Positions 41,500-53,213 of a stretch of 64,000 bases of DNA are shown one piece after another (position 1 is the stretch's first letter; the number at the start of each line of letters is the position of its first letter). The stretch covers positions 3,100,001-3,164,000 of the forward strand of contig NC_043003.1 in the NCBI RefSeq assembly GCF_006345805.1. The letters run 5' to 3'. The stretch comes from Octopus sinensis (lineage: Eukaryota). A model generated the notes under the pieces. The model did no database searches. It was not told where the DNA came from and was given only the letters and a program-made list of their open reading frames with translations. The position numbers were made by a program, and so were the translations under genes.

Positions 41500-42705
41500 A
41501 TGCCAGCAATTTTGAGGGAGAGGATAAGTCGACAACATCGACACCAGTGTTCAACTGCTACTTTGTTTTATTGAACCCCAAATGGATGAAAGGTGAAGTT
41601 GACCCTCAGAGCATTTGAACTCAGAATGCAAAGTTGGAATAAATGTTGCTGAGCATTTTTCCCGGTGCAGTAACGATTCTGCCAGCTCGCTACCTTCTAA
41701 TGTTATATAAGAGTTTCAAATTTTGGTACAAGGCCAGCAAATTTGGGGGAAAGAGTAAATCGGTTACATTGACCCCAATGAGCAACTGGTATTTTAATTT
41801 ATCGACCCTGAACGGATGAAAGGCAAAGTCAACCCCGGCAGCATTTGAACTCAGAAGGTAAGAACAGATGAAATACCTGTTTCTTTATGACCCACAAGGG
41901 GCTAAACACAGAGGGGACAAACAAGGACAGACAAACGGATTAAGTTGATTATATCAACCCCAGTGTGTAACTGGTACTTATTTAATCGGCCCCGAAAGCA
42001 TGAAAGGCAAAGTCAACCTCGGCGGAATTTGATCTCAGAACGTAAAGATGGACTGAATACCTATTTCTTTACTACCCACAAGGGGCTAAACACAGTGGGG
42101 ACAAACAAGGACAGACAAACGGATTAAGTCGATTATATCGACCCCAGTGTGTAACTGGTACTAATTTAATCGGCCCCGAAAGCATGAAAGGCAAAGTCAA
42201 CCTTGGCGGAATTTGAATTCAGAATGTAACGGAAGATGAAATACCGCTAGGCATTTCGCCCAGTGTGCTAACGTTTCTGCCAGCTCGCCGCAGATGAAAT
42301 ACCATTGAGCATTTTGCTCGGTGCAGCAACAAGTCTGCCGGCTTTCCGCTTTCTTACGCCAAATATCAAAAGTCAAATCTGAAAGCTGAAGACTCTGAAA
42401 AGATTAATGCAATTAGATATTCAAAACCATCGTCTACCAATTCCATACTCACTTGAAGACTTCTCAGTTGTCGGTATAACTTCAGGTGTAGGAGAAGCCG
42501 GTGCTTCTGTAATAATAAACAAAAATATTTTCCAATGTTATCAAAAATATTTATTTCTTTATTGCCCGCAGGGGGCTAAACATAGAGGGGACAAACAAGG
42601 ACAGACAAAGCGATTAAGTCGATTACATCGACCCCAGTGCGTAACTGGTACTTATTTAATTGATCCCGAAAAGATGAAAGGCAAAGCCGACCTCGGCGGA
42701 ATTAA
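41500..42705 (-). mobile_element. Cluster of about five co-oriented SINE family B copies, including a local ~180-bp tandem duplication
   Basis: Repeated GAAAGGCAAAGTCAACC...GAATTTGAACTCAG; two copies share the variant GGCCCCGAAAGCATG. Confidence 0.8.
42453..42506 (-). CDS. Candidate 54-nt phase-1 exon (xAPASPTPEVIPTTEKSS)
   Basis: Acceptor tttgtttattattacag, donor gtgagt; Pro/Thr/Ser linker-like. Confidence 0.5.
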
Positions 42706-42744
42706 ATGTTATCCAAAATATTAGAAACATTAGGAATTATATCA

Positions 42745-42937
42745 AATTTGAGTTCTTTTATTCTTTTAATTGTTTCAGTCATTTGACTGCAGGAGCAGTG
42801 CCTTTAGTCGAACAAATCGACCCTCAAGACTTATTCTTTGTATGCCTAGTACTTATTCTATCGGTCTCTTTTACCGAACCATTAAGTTACGGGAACATAA
42901 ACACACCAGCATCAGTTGTCAAGCGATGCTGAGGAGA

Positions 42938-42981
<44 letters not shown>

Positions 42982-43575
42982 CACACACGATGGGCTTCTT
43001 TCAGTGTTCGCCTACTAAATCCACTGACAAGGCTTTGGTTGGCCTGAGGCTAGAGTAGAAGATACTTTCCCAAAATTCCACGCAGTGGGACTGAACCTGG
43101 AACCATGTGGTTGGTGAGCAAGGTACTTACCACACAGCCACTCCTGCTCCTACAAAATATTTATTTTGGTAATTGTTGTAGAAAATCTGGTTCCTATAAA
43201 TTCGATGGAAATAACAATTTCATTACGGTTCTTTTGTCTTTTGTTTGTTTTCATCATTGGACGGTGGCCAGGCTGGGGCACCACCTTGAGGGTTTAGTCA
43301 AACAAATTGATCCTATTACTTATTATTTTTAAAAGTCTAATACTTATTCGGTTGGTCTCGTTTGCTGAACATCTAAGTTACTGAGACAGACATAAAGAGA
43401 AACACACACACACATGCACACAACATATATATACGATGGGCTTCTTTCAGTTTCTGTCTACTCACAAGGCTTTGTGGTAAGCTTGGGGCTATAGTAGAAG
43501 ACACTTGCCCAAGGTGCCATACAGTGGGACTGAACCCGGATCCATGTGGTTGGGAAGCAACCACTCTTGCACCTA
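42745..43575 (-). mobile_element. Two SINE family A copies
   Basis: Reverse-complement matches at about 42745-43150 and 43225-43575. Confidence 0.75.
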
Positions 43576-43599
43576 CATCATCATCATCATCATCATCAT

Positions 43600-43661
<62 letters not shown>

Positions 43662-43716
43662 ATATGTATATATATATATGTATATATGTATATATATATA
43701 CATATATATATATATA

Positions 43717-46700
43717 CATTTGGATAGCTTGATCTGTTCTCCCTTCGTTTCTCTTCTCTAAACATGGCGACTACATGCATTGCATTTTTAAAGTTTATTT
43801 TCCTTCAGAGCCATCTTCGATGTTTATCCCATTCTCCTCCGAAAATATGCCCCCTCGTTTCCTACCGTATTTTTTTCATTATTTATCTATTTTCTTTCTC
43901 TACCGTATTTTTTATTATTTATCTATTTTCACTCATTCTCTCTCTGGCTTTCATTCAGTTTTTATCTAATTAATTATTTCTCCCCCTCAAATATAGTATT
44001 CAAACTAGTTGCTTCGATTTTGTCGCCCACCCTCCCACCCCCACCACCAATACCGGAAGTTTCTACCCAAATACCGGAAACTGCCCCCCCCCACTAGCAC
44101 CTATGAAGGGTTTATCTGAACATATAGCGCAAAAAATTGTGAAAAGTATGCAGGTTGTAGTCGAGAGTTTCCATATGAAATCTGCCAAATGCAAGCTTTC
44201 TTTTCAGGTACATGACACGGCTGTCCCTCGTCCCAGGGTCTCTGATGCCCACACCTCCCAAACCCTCAGAGTTGGCACGCTCAATGTTGGCACATTGAAA
44301 GGTAGGTCTGGAGAGATTGTAGAGCTGCTTGAACGGAGACGTGTGGATGTATGCTGTGTCCAGGAAGTAAGGTGGAGAGGAGGTTCTGCTAGGCTCCTCA
44401 CAGGCAAGGAACACAGGTACAAGATTTTCTGGGCAGGGAACACTGACGGAGTCGGGGGCGTGGGTATACTTCTTGCGGAGAAATGGGTAGATAAGGTAAT
44501 CGAGGTAGTCAGAGTAAGTGACAGAGTAATTAAAATTAGATTAGTTCTTCACCATAGGACAGCTACCATCATCTCAGCATATGCCCCTCAACCAGGGCTA
44601 CCGGAAGGACAAAAAGACCAATTCTATGACACCCTATTGTGGACTACCTCATTGACAAATGACAGTGACCTTCTCTTCGTGGCAGGTGATTTCAATGGAC
44701 ATGTTGGACGACATGTCGGGGGCTTCCATGGCGTCCATGGAGGCTACGGTTTTGGCTCTCGAAATGAGGAGGAAGGAACCAGCTGCTGGAGTTCTGCGAT
44801 GCAAATGACCTTATGGTCTGCAATACCCACTTCAGAAACCCACCTCTCACCTAGTCACCTACCGTTCTGGCAGACACACCAGCCAGATTGACTACATCCT
44901 TGCCAGAAAAAGGGAAAGAGGGCTGATTATAAATGCCAAAACTTCCCAGGCGAAGAATGTACTCCCCAACATAGATTAGTAGTTAGCGACTTCAGGATCA
45001 GAGCTAAATGGTTGCCCAGAAGAAGACCAGCTTGGAGGAGAAGGGTCTGGAAGCTTAAAGATCCTGCAAATGGACAGAGATTTAGAGACATACTACTCGA
45101 AGCCTCTGACGAAATAGAAGGGGATATAGCTTCACTTAATGTGGAAGACAACTGGAGATTCCTACGGGACAATCTGCTGACAGCCACTGACCAGATCTGT
45201 GGATGGAGCAAAGTACCATCTCGACCCAGAGTAACATGGTGGTGGAACACTGTGGTTGACAGGGCTATTAGACAAAAGAGACAGGCTTGGAAGGACTGGA
45301 AGAACGGTGGTAGCAGGGAATTGTATCAGACAGCCAAAAGGGAAGCTAGGAGACAGGTTTATTTAGCCAGAGGGGAAGCGGATAAGAAAAAATTTGCCAA
45401 TGTTCTGAGCCGTGAGGATGAAAGACTTGAGGTATTTCGTGTTGCAAGACAGTGTGTGAGAGAGAATCGTGATGTGGTAGGAGAGAAGTGTGTTCGCATG
45501 GATGATGGTTCACTTGCGCTAAATGAGGATGCAAAGAGAGAGGTTTGGAGATGCCACTATGAAAGGTTGCTGAATAAAGAAAATGAATGGGATAAAGAGA
45601 GTCTGCCGAATGTTGACCCAACAGAGGGACCAGCTATCCGAGTTGATAGTTCCGTGGTAGCTAAGGCAATTAGAAGCATGAAGACAGGGAAAGCCCCAGG
45701 CCCATCAGGAATTACTGCAGAGATGCTCAAAATATCTGGCAGTGTCGGCTATAACCTAGTCACCCGTATAGTCAACCAGGTGATACACGAAGGAGTCATA
45801 CCCAATGACTGGTGTAGCAGCATACTAGTCAACTGCTACAAAGGTAAAGGTGATGCCCTGGATACAAATAATTACAGAGGTATCAAGCTGTTGGATCAGG
45901 TAATGAAGGTTACGGAGAGGGTCATAGCCCAACTAATTAGAGAGAGAGTTAGTTTAGATGAGATGCAGTTTGGGTTTGTCCCAGGGAAAAGCACCACTGA
46001 TGCTATATTCCTGGTAAGGCAGCTGCAGGAGAAATACATAGCCAAAGATAAGCCCCTGTACTGGCTTTCGTTGACATGGAGAAAGCCTTTGATAGGGTCC
46101 CCCGATCCCTCATCTGGTGGTCAATGAGGAAACTAGGGATAGATGAATGGCTGGTGAGGGCTGTGCAAGCCATGTACAGAGATGCCGTAAGTAAGGTTAG
46201 AGTTGGCAGCATGTACACAGAAGAATTCAAGGTAGAGGTTGGGGTCCACCAGGGTTCAGTACTCAGCCCCCTCCTATTTATCATAGTCCTCCAGGCAATT
46301 GTGGAGGAATTCAAGACAGGTTGCCCCTGGGAGCTCCTCTATGCTGACGATCTCGCTCTAATCGCTGAGTCACTATCAGAACTGGAGGAGAAGTTCCAGG
46401 TGTGGAAGGAGGGTTTAGAATCGAGGGGCCTTAGAGTCAACCTAGCTAAAACTAAAGTACTAATAAGTAGAAAGTTAGAAAATCCACAAATATCCTCAGG
46501 AAGATGGCCCTGCTCGATCTGTAGAAAAGGTGTAGGTAGAAACTCTATAAGATGTACCCAGTGTAAGCTATGGACACATAAGAGGTGCAGCAATGTCAAA
46601 GGTAGGCTAACTGGGAAGATAGTTTTTGTATGTGGCAGATGCTCTGGAGCATTGACCTCCGAAAATCTGCAGAAAACAACTTCCGTCACTTTCCGGGGGG

Positions 46701-47910
46701 AAAAACTAGAAGTAGTTGATAGCTTCCGCTATCTAGGTGACCAAGTCAGTAGTGGGGGCGGGTGCGCTGAAAGTGTAACTGCTAGAATAAGAATAGCCTG
46801 GGCAAAGTTTAGGGAGCTCTTACCTCTGCTGGTGACTAAAGGCCTCTCGCTCAGAGTAAAAGGCAGACTGTATGATGCATGTGTACGAACAGCTATGCTA
46901 CATGGCAGTGAAACATGGGCCGTGACTGCTGAGGACATGCGTAAGCTCGTGAGGAACGAAGCCAGTATGCTCCGATGGATGTGTAATGTCAGTGTACTTA
47001 CTCGACAGAGCGTTAGTACCTTGAGAGAAATGTTGTACCTAAGAAGCATCAGTTGTTGTGTGCAAGAGAGACGATTGCGCTGGTATGGTCATGTGGCGAG
47101 AATGGATGAAGATAGGTGTGTGAGAAAGTGCCAATCCCTAGCAGTTGAGGGAACCCGAGGAAGAGGTAGACCCAGGAAAACCTGGGACGAAGTGGTGAAG
47201 CACGACCTTCGGACGTTAGGTCTCACCATGGAAATGACTAGAGACCGAGACCTATGGAAGTATGCTGTGCGTGAGAAGACCCGGCAAGACTAGTGAAGCC
47301 ATAATCCGTGGCCCCTACCTGGGATGTAGTCAGTCCACCTGTGCATACCTTCCTTCTTGTGACACTTGTGAAGACCTGTTGAGGCAAGTGAGAATCGAAT
47401 CAAATCAAATCAAATCGAACCAAATCAAAATAGATGAACATCAATGGAATTTGTATCCTTGTGGTACCAGTGCCGGTGGCACATAAGAAAACCATCCGAA
47501 CGTGATCGTAGCCAGTACCACAACGACTGGCCATGTGCTGAAGGCACGTAACAAACACCATCCGAGCATGGCCGTCCGCCAGCCCCGTCTGGCACCTGTG
47601 TCGGTGACACATAAGAAAACACCATCCGAGCGTGGCCGTCAGCCAGCCTCGTCTGGCACCTGTGTCGGTGGCACATAAAAAACACCATCCGAGCGTGGCC
47701 GTCTGCCAGCCTCGTCTGGCACCTGTGTCGGTGGCACATAAAATCACCCACTACACTCTCGGAGTGGTTGGCGTTAGGAAGGGCATCCAGCTGTAGAAAC
47801 ACTGCCAGATCTGACTGGCCTGGTGCAGCCTTCGGGCTTGCCAGACCCCAGTTGAACCGTCCAACCCATGCTAGCATGGAAAGCGGACGTTAAACGATGA
47901 TGATGATGAT
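43717..47910 (+). mobile_element. Near-full-length RTE-clade LINE (~4.2 kb) with long repeat-containing 3' UTR and (GAT)n tail, flanked by (TA)n
   Basis: Pyrimidine-rich 5' region, single long ORF in pieces, 3' UTR 47294-47910. Confidence 0.92.
44103..47293 (+). pseudogene. RTE ORF (APE endonuclease, RT, internal PHD finger) with four single-base frameshifts
   Basis: APE: GTLNVGTL, VQEVRW, AYAPQ, GDFNGH, QIDYIL. RT: KAPGPSG, NYRGIKL, QFGF, DMEKAFD, GVHQGSVLSP, YADD, FRYLG. Single-base losses near 44782, 44837, 44942 and 46061. Confidence 0.9.
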
Positions 47911-47965
47911 ATATATACATATATATATTATATAATATATATATATATATATTATATATATATAT

Positions 47966-48008
<43 letters not shown>

Positions 48009-48010
<2 letters not shown>

Positions 48011-48118
48011 TTATTTTATAGAAGGAGCTTCTACAGGACTAGAACTGTTTCATTCAAATATGATTTCTCTTGAATGAAACAGTTCTAGTCCTGTAGAAGT
48101 TCCTTCTATAAAATAAAT
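48009..48118. repeat. 49-bp near-perfect hairpin (12-nt loop)
   Basis: 48009-48057 pairs with 48070-48118, with one G-T pair. Confidence 0.95.
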
Positions 48119-48183
48119 TAATTTACTCTGCTATGTATTGAGTACCTTATTTACTGTGGTTAACCCCGACTCAACCCGGGATC

Positions 48184-48228
<45 letters not shown>

Positions 48229-48248
48229 ATTTATGTGCTATCTGAGTA

Positions 48249-48309
48249 TATTCCACTGAAGACGGCAGAGCGTCTCTTATGCAAAGCCAGAAATCCAGGA
48301 TCTGGAATA
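48249..48309 (+). ncRNA. Type I hammerhead ribozyme, core intact
   Basis: Stem I TATTCCA/TGGAATA; CTGAAGA; stem II GGC/GCC; GAAA; stem III ATCC-A-GGAT; cleavage triplet ATC ending at C48302. Confidence 0.85.
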
Positions 48310-48544
48310 ATCCAGTAAAAATTTTTTGCTACTTTATTTTGTCTCTCTGTCTACTCTCCTGGTGCTATATGAACATTTAAGGTGGCTTTAGAGTCAGGTT
48401 TTGACTGCTATTTCAGCAGGGTGGTACCTCTCAGATAACCTAATTTATAATTTTAAATAATTATTAACTTTGTAAGGTTTTTATTCCCATGTTGGCCACT
48501 TGATAAGATCAATATTCAATTATCGATCTTATCCTTATTTATAA

Positions 48545-48589
<45 letters not shown>

Positions 48590-48761
48590 TGTTTTTTATA
48601 TAAATTTTCATCTGTCCTGCCCGCCAAATTTGGTTCTGGTGTTCGCTGAATTTTTCCTCTAGAGAATTCCTTTGTAGTTTGATGATCTATTTCTAGCATG
48701 CAGCAGACTACCAAGCTGTCTTGCTCTGTCAATATACATATATATACAAATATGAGGGCCA

Positions 48762-49035
48762 GCCTCGCCTGGCCCTCGTGCCGGTGGCACATAAAAAGCA
48801 CCATCCGTTCGTGGCCGTTTGCCAGCTCTGTCTGGCACCTGTGCGGGTGGCACGTAAAAAGCACCCACTACACTCTCGGAGTGGTTGGCGTTAGGAAGGG
48901 CATCCAGCCGTAGAAACACTGCCAGATTTGACTGGGCCTGATGAAGCCTTCTGGCTTCACAGACCCCAGTAGAACCGTCCAACCCATGCTAGCATGGAAA
49001 ACGGATGCTAAACGATGATGATGATGATGATGATG
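48762..49035 (+). mobile_element. RTE 3' tail fragment
   Basis: Family repeats and (GAT)n, followed by (TA)n. Confidence 0.85.
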
Positions 49036-49076
49036 ATATATATATATATATATATACATATATAATTATACATACA

Positions 49077-49145
<69 letters not shown>

Positions 49146-49519
49146 CACACACACATACACATATACATATATAAGCAATGCTTTTGCAGGTGGCAGCACT
49201 TTTGCAGGGGTGTCACTTTTGGGTCTGCTGTATAAGCCTCTATAGGAGTCAGCAAAAATAGGGGCTTCCTCAGGCGTTACACACTCTAGCTATACCAGTG
49301 CACTATAAACGAATCCCTCATCAGTATATGAAAGGTATGGTTATTTTAATTTCCAACTACTGCAGGAAAAGTTGCAGCAGGCGCCCCCTATAAATAGCAT
49401 TCACAACCTGCGCCTTAGAAGTCACAGGAAAGAAAGCGAAAACTTTATGATTTTAAATTTAGCAGAAAAATGATAAACATCCATCTAAAAACGGTCAGTT
49501 TCATACACACCATTATTCT

Positions 49520-49900
49520 TTTCTTGTTTAAGTCATTTGACTGTGGCCATGCTGGAGCACCACCTTTAGTCGAGCAAATCGACCCTAGGACTTATTCTTT
49601 GTAAGCCTAGTACTTAATCTATTGGATCTCTTTTGCTGAACTGCTAAGTTATGGGGGAAATAAACACACCAGCATTGGTTATCAAGCGATGTTGGGGAGG
49701 GACAAACACAGACACCCAAACTTATACACACACACACATACATTCATACATACAGTTTCTGTCTACCAAATCCACTCATAAGGCTTTGGTCAGTCCGAGG
49801 CTATAGTAGAAGACACTTGCCCAAGGTGCCATGCTGTGCTACTGAACCTGGGACTATGTGGTTGGTAAGCAAGCTACTTACCACACAAACACTCCTGCGC
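49520..49900 (-). mobile_element. SINE family A
   Basis: Reverse-complement match to the family. Confidence 0.8.
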
Positions 49901-50479
49901 CATTGTCCATGAATAGAATTAAACGAATATATCAAAAATGAAAGCCCATTTGAATATAAGACAGGAGTTCAGTTCTCTGTTCATTGCAATCCTCATCTTT
50001 ATACGCATTCATATTTAAAATATTTCCATGGTTTTCATGTAATATCAAATACACATGTGTTCTATACATTGGTTATGTCACATACGTTACTTGCATGAAA
50101 TTATGGGACATCACTTCCGGTTTCTGTCGCAATTTACTCTCATTGATTTTAGGACAATTTACTTTCACTTTTTCCAACATTTAAACTGCATGTCACCCAT
50201 TACAACATCGACCTAAGAACACTATTCCCTCAATCAGTTCACACACACACACACACACATGCACGCACACACACACGCACGCACACACACACACACACGC
50301 ACGCACACACACACACACAGGCAAGCAGCTTTAAAATAAACTGCTTTGGCATGCATATAGTCAAAGTTATCTGTTGTTCTTTGAGTCACTTTTTACTGTG
50401 GCCACTGGCTTGCAAAACAAATAGCTAAATAAACAATACGAATTTGACGGAGGAAAACTAACCAATGTACTCAGAGTTC

Positions 50480-50838
50480 GGATCTCTTTGCTTTGACCGG
50501 CAGATTTTAAAAATAATTTCCACGTAGCTAAACACTTTTAAACTTCGTATTCTGGTAGAATGTGTTTATAAAACATATTTTTCTCTTGGCTTTCTTGAGA
50601 AAATTCTGTAGTGTTTACGGCAGAAATTGTATTCACTTCAATAGACGTCATTGATTGGTTGAAATTGCAGAAATGCAAGAAAATAAACAAGAAATAGCTT
50701 ACAAACTACAGAATTTTCTCAAGAAAGCCAAGAGAAAAAGATGTTTTATGTAACACATTCTACCAGTATACGAAGTTTGAAAGTGTTTAGTTACAAAGAA
50801 ATTATTTTAAAACTCTGCCGGTCAAAGCAAAAAGATCC
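50480..50838. mobile_element. Palindromic MITE with ~130-bp TIRs
   Basis: 50480-50612 versus 50705-50838 (GGATCTCTTTGCTTTGACCGGCAG...). Confidence 0.8.
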
Positions 50839-51089
50839 CAGAGTTCCACACAGCAACCTTTGGACGTCCAAGCACCATCAGAGCAGCACAGAACAACCAC
50901 AACTAAGTGCCATGTTTATTTCTTTTCATTTGTTTTGCTTGTAAACATCCAGCGTCTGACTAAGTTGGGAACACAGATTTAGTGGCAATACGGTTTGACT
51001 TCTATTTTTAGCATACAAGGGATCCATACAGTGGTTTCTCATATTGTTTATGTTTAAATAAATCTCAAAAACGAAATGAAAAACCATTT

Positions 51090-51298
51090 TTGCATAATTA
51101 TTGTGCCATTTTTTCAACAAATTTAAATGATTATTCTGGAGCATATTCACCATCCACTTCAATTACTGCTTCCCATTTGCTTGGCAGACGGTCAGACCAT
51201 CATTTAAAGATGTTTTTGTTGAATATTGTTATTGTTTTTGTTGAATAAAATTTGTTGAAAATAAAAAAAGCCGCAATAGTTATGCACCAACCCAACAT
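51090..51298. mobile_element. Mariner-derived remnant
   Basis: Minus-strand DRLPSKWEAVIEVDGEYAPE* and a TIR-like TTATGCACCAACCCAA. Confidence 0.5.
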
Positions 51299-51327
51299 AT
51301 ACATATTTGAAAGTGAATTCTATTTAC

Positions 51328-51417
51328 GTACGACAGCTGACGCTAGACAGGAATATTTCAAAGTAACTTTCACATCCATATTGCAAGCTGCAGTCGTATC
51401 CAGGCTGGTAAACCGAC
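51328..51417 (-). CDS. Candidate 90-nt exon; open in phase 1 (RFTSLDTTAACNMDVKVTLKYSCLASAVV) and phase 2 (SVYQPGYDCSLQYGCESYFEIFLSSVSCR)
   Basis: Acceptor ttctattttatttcag, donor gtaaat; length divisible by 3. Confidence 0.5.
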
Positions 51418-51689
51418 CTGAAATAAAATAGAACAAACGAATCTGAACCATCAGTCGCAAGAACACTGCTAGTATATACTCACCATTATGTGTGTTTCCT
51501 TTGTTAATAGGAATTACAAAATTGTACGATATGTAAGATATCTCCTATTAGAAACATATGTAATGGGGAAAAAATAATGTCAAAAAATTTCTTCCAATCT
51601 CCTGTTTCGCTATGTAATTAATCTGCAGGCAATGTTTTCCAGTATTCTTCATTTCTTATGTATGCCTCACACAATTACAACATCTATGA

Positions 51690-52755
51690 GGTCGTTGCTA
51701 TTCGAGCGAGGTCATTGCCAGTACCACCTGACTGGGCCCCATGCCGGTGGCACATAAAAAGCACCCACGACACTCTCAGAGTGGTTGGCATTAGGAAGGG
51801 CATCCAGCTGTAGAAGCTCTGCCAAATCAAGATTGGAGCCTGGTGCAGCCATCTGGTTCGCCAGCCCTCAGTCAAAATCGCCCAACCCATGCTAGCATGG
51901 AAAGCGGACGTTAAACGATGATGATGATGATGTTGTTGATGTACAGTACAACTTTGGAACTTTGGAGTACCGGAATAAGCAGATGTACTTCGTGAGAGCA
52001 CAGCCTGGATTAGAACTCTATCTACATAATATGTGCATACATACATAGCTAGATCGCTAGCCACTACACATTCTTTATTTTCTCTCCTTGTTTCTTTCTG
52101 TGGAAGAGCATAGGCTCGAAACGTTAAAGACTTTTTCACTTCCCGAGCGTTAAACTAATACATCTGTTTGTTGTCTACACCACCTGTCTTTGTCTTTTGT
52201 TTTTTTTTTTGTTAATTTGCCCCCTGTATATATATGAATACATATGTAGATCAAATTGGAGCCTAGTGCAGCCATCTGGTTTTCCAGTCCTCAGTCAAAT
52301 CGTCCAACCCATGCTAGCATGGAAAGCGGATGTTAAACGATTATGATGATGATGATGATATATATATATATGTGTGTATGTATAATTGTTGTCATGGCTG
52401 ATGACAGTACCGCCTGATTGGCACCTATGCCACAGGAATGTTAAAAGCACCTTTTAAGTGTGATCGTTGCCAGGGCCATTGACTGGCTCCTGCGCTGGTG
52501 GCACATAAAAAGCACCATTCAAGTGTGATTGTTGCCAGCATCACCTGAATGGCTCCTGTACCGGTGGCACATAAAAAACACCATTCAAGTATGGTTGATG
52601 CCAGTACGCCTGACTGCTCTCATGCTGGTGGCACGCAAAAGTACCCACTGGACTCTTGGAGTGGTTGGCGTTAGGAAGGGCATCCAGCTCAGTCAAACCG
52701 TCCAACCCATGCCAGCACGGGAAGCGGTCATTAAACGACAATGATGATGATGATG
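51690..52755 (+). mobile_element. Three RTE 3' tail fragments with an intervening Penelope-type pLTR piece
   Basis: Family tails at about 51690-51935, 52250-52360 and 52395-52755. Confidence 0.75.
52094..52129 (+). ncRNA. Minimal type I hammerhead with variant core CUGUGGA
   Basis: CTTT-CTGTGGA-A-GAGC-atag-GCTC-GAAA-CG-T-T-AAAG; stem III is the palindrome ACGT. Confidence 0.6.
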
Positions 52756-52757
52756 GT

Positions 52758-53142
52758 TTGCTCTTTTACTTGTTTCAGTCATTTGACTGAGGCCAAGCTG
52801 GAGTACCGCCTTTTAGTCAAAGAAATTGACCCCAGGACTTACTCTTTGCAAGCTTGGTACTTATTCTACTGGCTCTTTTCCCGAACCAGCATCAGTTGTC
52901 AAGCAAAGGTGGGCGGACAAACACAGACACAAATAAATATACACATACATACATATATACATACACACACACATACATATATATATATGACAGGCTTCTT
53001 TCAGTTTCTGTCTAGCAAATGCACTCACAAGGCTTTGGTCAGCCTGTGTAGAAGACACTTGCCCAAGTTGCCACGCAGCGAGACTGAACCCGGAATCATG
53101 TGGTTGGTAAGCAAGCTTCTTACCACACAGCCACTCCTGCAC
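52758..53142 (-). mobile_element. SINE family A
   Basis: Reverse-complement match to the family. Confidence 0.8.
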
Positions 53143-53173
53143 CTATATATATATATATATATATATATATAAT

Positions 53174-53213
53174 GGGGATGTAGCTCAGTGGTAGAGCGTT
53201 CGCTTTGCATGTG
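53174..53213 (+). pseudogene. 5' half of tRNA-Ala(UGC), truncated 3' of the anticodon and fused to an RTE tail
   Basis: GGGGATG-TA-GCTC-AGTGGTA-GAGC-G-TTCGC-TTTGCAT-GTG; anticodon TGC at 53206-53208; no T arm. Confidence 0.85.

Noticed and set aside
49240-49335. Minus-strand CTGAGGA-AGCCCC and CTGATGA motifs
   Set aside because: No matching GAAA or stem III; at most a truncated pLTR piece.
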